From positions 32,054,001 through 32,118,000 of the forward strand of contig OZ287751.1 of assembly GCA_965649765.1 (NCBI GenBank): a DNA stretch of 64,000 nucleotides. The letters are read 5' to 3'. This stretch comes from Bispira polyomma. Its lineage: Eukaryota. This document shows positions 41,638 through 52,432 of the stretch, in pieces (position 1 is the stretch's first letter; the number at the start of each line of letters is the position of its first letter). The position numbers and the translations under genes were made by a program. The notes under the pieces were generated by a model that was not told where the DNA came from, made no database searches, and saw only the letters and a program-made list of their open reading frames with translations.

Positions 41638-42350
41638 TTATTTTCTTTGATAATAGTATCTTTCTTTGTCTTCATTCAAATTCAAATCCATATACTCTGG
41701 ATCTTTGGGGTACATCTGTCTGGCTAAATGTTTAATCTGACTGGCATCTCGGGGATTCTTGAACAGTATCATATAATATGTATTCAAGCTGATTGTTCTC
41801 TGGTAATTACTTTTAGTAAAACACATTTTGTGTCACCACAATGACAGACTGCCTTTGGTAAACAACTCAGTCACTCTACTTTCCAAGCGATCCATCATGT
41901 CATCTAAAATAAGCAAGCAAGATTCTAGTTCCTCGACATCTGGCAGTCCTTGATGAAAATCTACATTTTTCATCGTTGCATAAAGAGGTTGCCATTGTGT
42001 ATAACACCAAATAACCTTTGATGGAGGCTGATATATCTTTTCATCTTTAACTTGCAATAACTTTTTCAAAAATGTCGTTTTGCCACTTTCAGTTGGTCCG
42101 GCCACCAGACATGTAAATGGATGTATCATTTTAGGTAGCGCTACCACGCTATAGCCATCTTGATCTACTCTAGGACTTGGATATGTATCTGTTGGTCTGA
42201 CCTGCTGTGGTGGCAGCACTGTTGGTAGCCCTGTTGGTATAACTTGTATTTGTGACAGTTTCTTTCCGCCTTCAGCATAAACAAGTTTGATGTGTCTTTT
42301 TAAACTATCACTTTTTGAAAGTACATTAAGCAGATAAGACACTGAGACAT
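41638..42350 (-). pseudogene. Maverick A32/FtsK-like packaging ATPase with N-terminal C2H2 zinc finger (frameshifted)
   Basis: HPFTCLVAGPTESGKTT (Walker A), LLILDDMM (Walker B), LFTKGS, RTISLN.YMILFKNPRD..QI..LARQMYP. Confidence 0.92.
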
Positions 42351-42422
42351 GTTTACACTTTGATGTCTAAACTTGAAATGACCTTTGTCATGACATGCAT
42401 GAACTTTGATAATCAGTGATGG

Positions 42423-42830
42423 ATGAGGTCCCACATGTGGAGGTGTGGAGATGTGGAGTTACCACATGTGGAGGTGCCGAAGTTCCACATGTGGAGGTAT
42501 GGAGAGGTGAAGGTTCCACATGTGGAGGTGTGGAGATATGAAGGTTCCACATGTGGAGGTGTGGAAATGTGGAAGTTCCACAGGTGGAGGTGTGGAAATG
42601 TGGAAATTCCACATGTGGAAGTGTGGAGATGTGGAGTTACCACATGTAAAGGTGTGGAGGTTCCACATGTGGAGGTGTGGAGGTGTGTAGGTAGCACATG
42701 TGGAGATGTGGAGGTTCCACATGTGGAGGTGTGAAGATGTGGGGCTGTACCACATGTGGATGTGTGTAGGTACCACATGTGGAGATGGAGAGATGTGGAG
42801 GTACCACATGTGGAAGTTTCATATGTGGTG
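42423..42830. repeat. Minisatellite of ~15 CCACATGTGG palindromes inside the Maverick
   Basis: Cores at 42431, 42462, 42485, 42516, 42547, 42578, 42609, 42640, 42663, 42694, 42717, 42750, 42773, 42804, 42819. Confidence 0.95.
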
Positions 42831-43311
42831 GTAGAGAAAAGGCTGATGTGGTGAAACCATTTTTAAAGCAATATTCACTAAGTAAAATGAATAATGTTAA
42901 ACCAAACAAACCATCATTACATTAAAATTACAATAACCACTTAGGTATGATCAAAAGAAAGTAAATACTTTAAGAAGGAATACTCTTTTAGACAATTTGA
43001 ATCGGGCAATTTTTAAAGATAGTTTTAGTTGCATTAAATTAAATTCAGAAATCAAGATCAGTTTGAAATGCTAAACCAAACACTATTTCTTTTGTATCAT
43101 TAAAAAAAAAATGCTACAACACATAAACTTTTCATGCCTTAAACAATAATCACTTAACTATTATGAACATCACTTACTATCATTAAATTAAATTAGGAAA
43201 ACTAATTGCTAAAATGCTAAACCAAAATATTTAGTCCCCACAAACATTTTTTTTTTTTAATTTTTTTTTTAAAATGATCAATTATTAATTCATAAGCGTT
43301 TCTATAAAGTT

Positions 43312-43714
43312 CTAGATTTGTCCATCATTGTAGTTTTCTAATCTGTTGACAATCTCTTCCATGGTATATCCAGCAAAGGTGTACAGAGTTAACAATGCAC
43401 AATAGTGTCCACAAGCCATTGAAAATGGACTTTGCAACTGAACATCGTTGTAAGTACAATTTCTGGCAAAATGCCGAAAAAACTGCATGAACTCTTTGAA
43501 GAGAGGTGGTAAACCATAGGAGTCAAAGTACAGCCCATCCCCTGGCTCATTGATACTAAGCACTACCCAGTGGGTTCCTTTTTTGTGGGAACAATCTGTG
43601 TTGCAGATAAATACACGTTTTCGGTCGTGTGAGTAGATATCTGGCAAACACACCAACATCCCATTTTGGAGGCTTAAAAGTTTGTAGTAGATTTTGTAGT
43701 TCTACTGTATTCAT
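43312..43714 (-). pseudogene. Maverick adenain-like cysteine protease (one frameshift)
   Basis: NTD....GTHWV (His), YFDSYG (Asp), QLQSPFSMACGHYC (Gln/Cys) catalytic motifs. Confidence 0.92.
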
Positions 43715-43715
43715 C

Positions 43716-44395
43716 TTACAGAGTGAAATCAGTCACAGCGTCTCTGTAACTGTCAATTTCAATGGTATTTTCAAATTCTCCAAACACAACAATATTCACA
43801 GTTTCTGTTAAAGCCTTTTAAAATGGAGTTCTAGAGCAACTGTGCCAGTTTTTCTCAAGTTGACACAACCTCCCCCTTCTTCTAAATCAGGTTATAAATC
43901 AAAGCATATCAATGTGTAACCCTTTTATTATTCTTCTCTGTCAATGTGATTCCCCTCGTCTTGATAGATGGTCCCTAGGCCAGAAAATAGAGTCGTGCAG
44001 CAATTCATGTAGTCATCTGTGTCGAAATCTGGTTGCAGTGCCTTGCCAGGAAATGGTGTCCTGCCTACACTGAGTGTAATATGTTCCACATCAAAATATT
44101 CAAACTGGAATGGATTTGTCTTGTAGGTTCTATTGATGGCACTGTTCTTTAGAAATCCCAACACAATGCGTTTAGGAATTTGAACAAAATACAGGTTTTC
44201 TTCAGTGTGACTTCTGGTTCCTATTCCCACGATAAAAGTCTTGCATTCTCCTCTGGTGATTGGATATTTAGCAATTCCCAATTCTAGAGCCTTTGTGTGA
44301 GCAGCCTTGATTACAGAGCTGATTTGTACTTTTCTGATTATCATTTTGACACTTTCTAATTTCATCTTAAAGTTGGCACCATCGGTTGGGCTTGG
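43716..44395 (-). pseudogene. Maverick major capsid protein (double jelly-roll), C-terminal half
   Basis: AKYPITRGECK...QIPKRIVLGF...YKTNPFQF...GYTLICFDL.PD...G.V.LELHFKKAL...IVFGEFENTIEID motifs; in-frame stops. Confidence 0.88.
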
Positions 44396-44569
44396 GTCAT
44401 TGACTGATTGTACAGTTCATTTTTTTCTGACTGTTCCATATTGGTATTTTTTAACAGGTCACCCATATCCTTTTCTAATCTCGCCATGGCTGTAGCGGCT
44501 GTCCCTACAGGATTTACACAGGCCCTGCAAAGCTTTAGGAATAACAACCTTTTCAATATATTTGTTCAT
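44395..44569 (-). pseudogene. Truncated Maverick conserved ORF following pX
   Basis: MNKYIEKVVIP...RLEKDMGDLLKN...EKNELYNQ; starts in an ATGA overlap with the pX stop; cut by the deletion that joins it to the MCP. Confidence 0.5.
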
Positions 44570-44907
44570 CGTTTGAATAATCCAATCAATTTTTCAGCAA
44601 CGGTGGGGATAAGAGTGCCTAAAAAAGGAGCTAGCAAGGCTGGCAAAAATCCCCCTGTTTGTAAGATATCCTTTTTTCTCTCATTAGAGGTTTGTTTCTT
44701 CCTCAGCTCTCGCAGTTCTTTGTACTTTCCTAGTTTTTTCTTTTCTGTTAATCCCAGTGGGATATTTCTTTCAAGTAGATTGTGAGCACACTCAACGAAA
44801 CAGTGTAGGAGAGCTTTGTCTGCACCACGCATAATATATTTTGTTGCTTTGGAATCACACTGAGCCAAAATTTATAAAATATATTTATTCTTTTTTACAT
44901 CAGACAT
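44566..44907 (-). pseudogene. Maverick core protein X-like ORF (adenain-cleaved, amphipathic C-terminus)
   Basis: ECAHNLL...ILQTGG|FLPALLAPFLGTL resembles the adenovirus pX xGG|(F/I)LP site; one frameshift near the N-terminus. Confidence 0.75.
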
Positions 44908-44960
44908 GTTGACTGCATGACATTTGTCAGTAAAATGAAGAACAATACTGATATTCCCTT

Positions 44961-46011
44961 TTATCTATACTGATATCTTGTGACATCTTTGGCAGGTATC
45001 CATGAGTCATACTTTGGTGGCCAGTGTAACCATCGTACCAAAAGTTCTTTAAGGCGTCCTTTCAATTTTCGGCTCTTTAGAATTTTATAATACTCGCTGG
45101 CCATGACTTTTTGTAACTCTTCTTCGTAGAAAGTTCCTTCAATGGATTCCACTGCATAATCATTCATTTTGCAGGTAGGATAGCTTTGAGACCAGTCTCT
45201 ATTCACTATTTTAAAAAGTTCACCACTCCATCTCTGAACGTATTCCCTACTAAATGTTTTTCTGCCATATGATATTCTGACAAGATCCCCAACATTAAAT
45301 TTAAATTTCTTTTTTCTTGAAATTTTTCCTTGATGGCTCAAGTTGTTCGCCGTCATTTTGGCTGGGGCCATTTTTATAGAGCGATGAACACTCCAGTTGT
45401 AAGCATTGGTAATATCTTGCAACACATCAATGTACCAATGGGTTGGTTTGTGAGTGAAGTATTTGTAAATCTTGCCTTTGATGGTCTTAATAGTTCTCTC
45501 AGCGTAATTTGCCTTAACTTCATTTTGTGTCACAAAGTGTAGAACAGAATGCGTTTTGAATAACTGCTGCACTTTATAAATGTAAATTCAGTCCCTTTAT
45601 CGGAGCGGACAGTTTCTGGTGTTCTTTCCTTAAAAACCAATGAGAAAGCATGAACAACTTCATCTCCAGATTTGTTATTTAAAGGCACTGCCCACACATA
45701 CTGTGAAAATATATCCAAGACTAACAGAACAAAATGGTGACCATCATTGTATTGGGCAATTTTTGTCATATCCATCAGGTCAACATCCCACTGCTGATCT
45801 ATACTCGCTGAAATGACTTTGTTTTTTTTTTAATAATCCTTCTTGCAGGTTTGTGCAATGTATAAGTCTCTTCTCCACTTAACCAGGATTTCACATCTGT
45901 TAGGGTTATGGACGGGTCTTCTTTTGTTGCAGCTTCATACAGCTTTTGGGGCTCAGAAAAACTAGCAGGATGGGCAGGATTAAAGTAAATTGAAGTAAAA
46001 AGTTTGTTCAT
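44961..46011 (-). pseudogene. Maverick retroviral-like integrase with C-terminal chromodomain (frameshifted)
   Basis: YFNPAHPASFS...YTLHKPARR; WDVDLMDM...LLVLDIFSQYVWAVPL...SDKGTEF; AERTIKTIK; YNWSVHRSIKMAP; LVRWLHWPPKYDSWIP. Confidence 0.93.
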
Positions 46012-46193
46012 TCTTTCTTTTTTGAAGTGGGATTTGGCAGAGCATAACCCAAAATTGAACACAATGATGTCAACCAAATATCTCTACCTTGATTGTTCAA
46101 AGACAAGTTGACAACGCAGGCTAAAACCACAATAATAACCAAGATTATTGGAGCCACATATTTCACTAAAGATTTTTGACAGACATTATCCAT
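46008..46193 (-). CDS. Maverick small two-transmembrane protein (intact ORF)
   Basis: 61 aa with two hydrophobic segments ending IW.TSLCSILGYALPNP; stop overlaps the integrase ATG (ATGA). Confidence 0.65.
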   Translation of the reverse strand: MDNVCQKSLVKYVAPIILVIIVVLACVVNLSLNNQGRDIWLTSLCSILGYALPNPTSKKKE

Positions 46194-48350
46194 CTTGCTT
46201 CTTTAAAGTTTGATAGGTAAATGAATTGTAGCGGTTGTAGTATGAAGTTATATAGGGGTTTTCAAGGAAAAACCCCAAATTAAAAACATTTATTGTTCTC
46301 TAGGATACACTAGGATACACCATTTCAATAAATTCACAAAAACATCTATTTTCTGACACTTTATACAGAATGAAAATTGGAGCATGCATGGCCAAGATAT
46401 ATCTGTTTTAAGATTGGCATATCATTGACACATCATTGACATATCACTTTTGGGCTCCTAGGAAATCCAAGATGGCGGCTGAGTGATAATAGAGTTATTT
46501 GTAAAATATGGAACCTTCCATCTTTCTTCTCCCCTTAGCTACCAGGGACATGCTAAACTTCAAACTGTCCCAAATCCAGTTTTCCAAAATCTTTCCAAAT
46601 ATTCCCGAAAATGACTGATGCTCGGGGGATTTGATATATTTCGGACAATAAGCAACCTCACCTGTCATACCCCTGAATGATGTTTAGTATGCACCTACCC
46701 ATTATAATAATATGGCACCACCTGACCGGTAATAGGGTACCTCTAATAGGGTATCCCTGGGTGTCGTTTTGGGTACACCCAGACAAATTGTCGCAAATTC
46801 GAATGTTAAATATATACATATTTTTCCAATAGAAATGCTCACTACACCTACAATTTTGCCGTCCTTCACCTTAACACAATCAGGTGACCTGTAAAATTCA
46901 GCCTAGCAGAGATGAAGGTGTTACCCTTTAGTTCGCAATGTGAGACTTTCCCTGAGGTTTGAAATAATTTGGTATAAATGTATAGAGAAATTGCCCACAG
47001 CCACGGATTTTTGTCTCTGTCTTGATACTGTCTTGGCCTGATGTCTGAACAACCGGTATATAACCCTTCATAGGAAGTATAGAGGTCAAGTGACATTCAT
47101 TTAAAAAAAATTATATCTCACAAATTATAAATAAATTATTCAATGCACAGATTCTGCAACAATTCCTCGCAAATGAATATTTCTGCGACAGTTTGTCGCA
47201 CACCATGCGATGATTTGTCACACACCATGCGACCATTTGTCGCACTGCTAGCGACACATTTCCATCTACATACAAATCCCCACATAAATTTATGCGACAA
47301 TCAGTCGCACATCTTGCGACAATTTGTCGCACACCTTGCGACAATTTGTCGTACCTATGTTCAAAGGGTTTTCCATCTACCATTTGAATTTGTGACAATT
47401 AGTCACACTCCTTGCGACGATTAGTCACATCACTTGCGACAAATCATCGCATCACCATGGCAACCACCCTAGCAACCATGGTTGCCGTGGCAACAAACAG
47501 CTAAAACGCAGGCTGTGCGGGGGTGATTTGCTCACTCAATACTACTATAAGTAAAACAAAGTAGAAGTTTAAATGTAACTATCTTCAGTGCTGATCACTT
47601 ACCAATAAAATAAATACTAAAACTACAGTTTATTTTATATAAAACAATTTTTCCTCAAAATGGTGCATGTTATAAAGTGATCAACATGTGTACTATACTG
47701 TATAAGACTGGACATAAAGGAATATATATACACATACATTAAATGTTTAGACTTTATCAGCAGATGCACAACAGAAGTGTGAGTGGATGTTGTTTTAAGA
47801 TCACTAACTGTCAGGTTTATTACTTAGGAGTGAGATAAAGAAAATCTGACTCTTGCTTACAAATGAGCAGATTCGGGAAATAAAGTGTAGCTGTGAGTTT
47901 TGAAGAATGTGGCATAATTTTGAAGATTTAGCTACTAACTAAGGCGATTTTCGGGTTCGTCTAGATTCGCGCTCCCAATTCGCCAAAGTGGGACCGGGAC
48001 ATTAGTATGAACCTTCACAATCTGAACGCTCCCTCAAAAAACCCAAAACTATTTAAGGCATAATATTCATATGGCGACATTTCGTTTTAGATTTATATAT
48101 CTAACATAACCCTATATTCTTAGAGGTATTTTAGATCAAATTACCAAAGTTTCAATCCAGTTTCATTATCCTGTGGCTGGCTAAGTGCCGACCGTGGCAG
48201 CTTCTGAACGGCCCATGGTGGTTTCGAAACTGCCACCTAGTGGAAGACCAGTTAACGCCCGTCCAAACTGCATGTTTTTGATATGTGCATATTATTCGAT
48301 AGACTGGTTCCCAATGCTCTGGTTACATATGGTTTATGTTTATTGACCTA

Positions 48351-48563
48351 CACGGGCGTTCATAATACCGGTCGGGTCACAATACCGTCCGTTGCATTTT
48401 AAAAGACTTTAACGACGGAAATTATTGTTAAAAACACATGCCACTTCATCCCTATGAATTAAAGTACAGAACAGTTTATTTTATTTTAAATATATTTACG
48501 TTTTAAGCATTGAAATGTGCATCGAACAGTATTGTGACCCCACTTGTATTATAAACGCCCGTG
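48351..48563. mobile_element. MITE with TA target site (Tc1/mariner-like)
   Basis: TA-CACGGGCGTTCATAATAC ... GTATTATAAACGCCCGTG-TA. Confidence 0.75.
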
Positions 48564-49336
48564 TAGTTACTTATATATAACTACAACGAGGTTCTTCAAA
48601 CACAATAGACATTTATATTTTATCAGTCTAAGTAAGTAGTATTAAGTAATTTAAAGACCACATTGCTGCTTAATTTATGACAGTCTACCACAAAAACGTA
48701 AATAACATGAAAACCCCCTGGATTGTCTTGACATTACTTCCTTTTGCTCACATTTATCAAATTTCCTGGAATTTTGAGCGAATTGCTGTCCCCCCTGTAG
48801 ACCCAGTTTTCTGTCCTGTCACCAATGCTTTGATTTACTGATGTACGGTCGACGATGGACAGAGTTGCTTACTATAGCAAATTAGTTTATATGTGTAAAA
48901 ACAGCAAAAATGCTTGAAATGGCATCCTAAAATCTAGAACTGGCTATAAAAAACTACATAGAATCGAAGATAAATGGCAATATATTGTATAACAACTTTA
49001 AGTGAATGTCAATCATGGATACTTTATTTTAACTTATTTTTTACTTCTGAATATTTAACCTCCCTGTTGAAAAACCTGTTGGTGCATGCGCACACCATCT
49101 CTTCTTGTGGGATTCCCTGGGGGTTTTCTGATTGGAATAATTGGACAAAATAAGATCCGTAAAAATTTATTTAATACAAATGATCCCAAATGATATATTT
49201 TATTGACAATAATTCAATCCACGTAAGTAGAGGAAGCAACACTCCACATGTTGTTGACATTATATGATGGTCACGTAATGGATTATACAAAACTAATATG
49301 TGGACAAAATACCGGAATAGACAAATTGTTTAATTC

Positions 49337-49715
49337 ATATATATGTCATGCCGTTTTCCAAATAAAAATGGTGAACGGCTAATAACCTTTATTACAGTCA
49401 AAATTTCATGTATTTAAAACAAAAGTGTATGCCTAAATATGCCATTTCACATTTACAACAATTTGCTATAGTAAACAACTCTGTCAACAACTCTGGACGC
49501 ACCATTAGAAAAAAAATGGCCTTTTCAATGATATATATATATATGTCATGCTGTTTTCCAAATAAAAATGGTGAATGGCTAATAACCTTCATTACAGTAA
49601 AAATTTCATGTATTTAAAGTAAAAGTGTATGCCTAAATATGCCGTTTCTCATTTACAACAATTTGCTATAGTAAACAACTCTGTCGACAACCCTGGACGC
49701 ACCATCAGAAAAAAA
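49337..49715. repeat. Tandem duplication, period 200 bp
   Basis: 49337-49516 is similar to 49537-49715. Confidence 0.9.
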
Positions 49716-50225
49716 GCAAGTACAAGCAATTGTGATGTTAAATCAATTAGTATATCACTATGTTTGGATTACAAAAATGGCTTTTGAAATAAATATTTCT
49801 TCAATGATATATCCACTGTTTTACATAAGGTGGGCCTTGATTGTTACACAGACATTGACTGCTCAGCCACCACCACTATGTCTTATCGACAGTTGCATAC
49901 AAATGCATAGACTGAATAATCTGTCCCTCGTTAACGAGATTCCTTGCTGTTATTTTAACGACTGAATCACGAAAATGGACAGAACGGAAACTACTACCAA
50001 AATCTTGTAAATTTAGTGTTACATAAAATGGCTGACAGAGTTGTGCCAATGTTTATGGTTTAGTTTTTATGTTAGATAACCTAACATATGTGCCATGTCT
50101 GCATGAAATAACCCAAAATCGGCTACTATATCATATATAAGAAATAAGGATATGTATTTACTTCAACCAGATTTTATCTCTTATATATGCCGATTTTGAT
50201 TTACAACGTTGCTACTTAAGTACTA

Positions 50226-50372
50226 GGTCCACAGTGGCCGAGTGGTTAGCAAGCTTGGCATTACATCACAGGCTGTCACCTCTGTGTGGGTTCGCCTCCC
50301 ACAAGTGACAAATGCTGTGGGCCGGTTCCAATATGACCCTGGCTGTTGAACAGGACGTAAAACCCTAAACTT
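50226..50372 (+). mobile_element. tRNA-derived SINE
   Basis: A box TGGCCGAGTGG, B box GGTTCGCCTCC, tail GGCTGTTGAACAGGACGTAAAAC; cloverleaf incomplete. Confidence 0.78.
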
Positions 50373-50784
50373 TGACCTCTGTCGCCGATCGGTAATATAT
50401 TAGTTAAAAAAACTGTCCTTGGCGGCAGAATACTCGGTCTAATAAATACAGTGTAGTCCCCACTATGTGCTTTAATTTATTTGTAAATAAAAAGCACATG
50501 TACTGAAGCTGTTCACGTCGTTTTCAATGTTGGGGTGGACTTGCCTTCGTTTAATAGATTATTTCACGCTAAATTTTGATTGAATTTAAAATGTATTAAA
50601 GCATTTACTACCTTCCTAGGTATTATCATTATGCTTCTCGTATAATACCATCCCCCAAAAAAAATTTGTAATATTTCTTAAAATAATGACATTGTACAAT
50701 TATCTTGCTGTTTGTGAGAAATAAATATATAACAAGCAGTTGAGAAAACTGAACACAATAAAATGCTAAAATCAAAAACATATT

Positions 50785-50963
50785 TTAAAGTTGTCAAACA
50801 CTCTGAACAAGATGCCCTGTGGCCCCGAAATAAGTCTAAATCACTCTATCTCACACCGTGTCCAAGATAACGAACAAATTTTCGAGAAACAGTGCCAGAT
50901 AGAGTGATTTCGACTTATTTTCGGCCCACAGGCATTTTGTTTAGAGTGTGTGACAACTTTAAA
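50785..50963. mobile_element. Palindromic MITE with TTAA ends (Kolobok-like)
   Basis: TTAAAGTTGTCAAACACTCT ... AGAGTGTGTGACAACTTTAA imperfect fold-back. Confidence 0.65.
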
Positions 50964-52398
50964 GAAATTTTCAGATTTTGAAAGATGAACCATCTCTGTG
51001 ATAGAGTCTGTGATAGAAGATATGAATCTCTCTGTGATAGAGATATGAATTACAAGTAAAATTTTGTTTGAAAGAATGCAAGTAAAGCCATACATAGTGC
51101 TTTGTTTTAGTTGTGCCAAAATAGAACGCCATACGCAACTGCATTAGTAGGACTGAACCATATGAGACAAACAAATCTTTTACACCAATTTCTGCAAAAA
51201 AATGTTCCAGTCAGTTCCTCAAGGAATAAATAACTTTAATGTAGATAAATAAATAACAACAAATGAAAAAGAACAACAGGTTTCCTAAAATTTATTATAT
51301 AAAAATTCAAGACAATACTAGAACAACATCAGGGACACATATTTATATTGTGGATTTTTAATACACCTTATTGATACCAAATCCTTATATATGGCCAATT
51401 GGTTGTCATCAGGAAGCAATGAAATATTCAAATCTCAGGCCACTATGGCATCACCAGGAGTCAATAATAAAAAGCAGTTGTGTAGATTCTTGTATTTGGC
51501 ACAGTTGTCATTTTCAAGTCTTTTAATTTCTGCCCCTCCCCCCCCCCCCTCCCTAATTCTCTGGTGTGTCTATCCTGCTTACAGACCCCTAGACTTTTAC
51601 TGTAAGCTGACAGCAGGTCCCTAGTGATGGCGGCTGCACTCGTCCAACATGCATTCTTCCTGGTGGCTGTTTAATTTTGCATTTACATTCTCAGATTTCT
51701 TTTTAAGTCAGCTGACAAAGTCCACTAACTTAATCCCATGGGTCTGTGTATGTGTACGCGTCAACAGCTTCTTCTCCAAAACTACAAGTGCCAAAAAGGT
51801 ACCTGTGGGCCCACGGATGAAAAATTGTTCATGGAATCATCTGGATCAGGCAATTACCTGTATCTTCACATTTTTTGAATTTTCCCTATCTTTCATGTAC
51901 AAACAGCACTTTTTTTTTGACAATCTTCTTCTCCAGAACCACTGAAGAGATTAGTCTGTAATCTTGCAAATATATACCTTGCCACATGTATATTAAATGT
52001 GTTCATGGCATTTTCCTCAGATTTATTTTCAAGTTAGGAATTTTTAAAATTTTTAAATATTTGTATAAATTGCCAATGAAAATAAAAACGTCCGCTATCT
52101 TGGTAAGGGTGCGAGTTTGACTTCATTTTTTTTCGGCCCATAGGGCATCTTATTCAGAGTCTATGAAAGCTTTTCAGACCCTGTCTTTGATTCCTGCAAT
52201 TAATAATGAAATGTGTGTCTATGTAGTCTGTTTGAACTATTTCCTAATGTTTCTTTGCTCTGCTAAATTAAGAAACTCCAGATAGTAGGACACTAAAGAT
52301 AAGTGCCTAGTTCTTATTTGACTTTCATGCCCATTAGATTTATCCTTGAGCCAAAATAATCCATAAAATCTTTAGACGATCAGAAACAAACAAGAATA

Positions 52399-52432
52399 GG
52401 GGATTTCCCAGGGAATTTTTCCAGTTTCATTT
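52399..52432 (+). promoter_or_regulatory. Tandem NF-kB sites plus ETS/IRF-type element near a probable non-coding first exon of the SPATA2-like gene
   Basis: GGGGATTTCCC, GGGAATTTTTCC, then AGTTTCATTTCC (reverse complement GGAAATGAAACT); AAG|GTAATT donor near 52492. Confidence 0.6.

Larger units (their letters stand above)
39099..47546 (-). mobile_element. Maverick/Polinton (adintovirus-like) endogenous virus, internally deleted and decayed
   Basis: Ends AGTGGT...ACTACT, imperfect TIRs (39099-39220 vs 47395-47546), 6-bp TSD AAAAGT/ATAAGT; integrase, pX-like, MCP, adenain and ATPase remnants all on the - strand. Confidence 0.92.

Noticed and set aside
42388-42909. His/Pro/Thr-rich ORFs in several frames; CRISPR-like look
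   Set aside because: Products of a stop-free minisatellite; spacers are repetitive rather than unique; no cas genes; eukaryotic context
46466-46480. YY1-like CAAGATGGCGGC motif upstream of the Maverick genes
   Set aside because: Single occurrence, and the motif is common in invertebrate MITE sequence
50226-50310. Possible tRNA gene
   Set aside because: A and B boxes are present but there is no proper cloverleaf and it continues into a SINE-type tail
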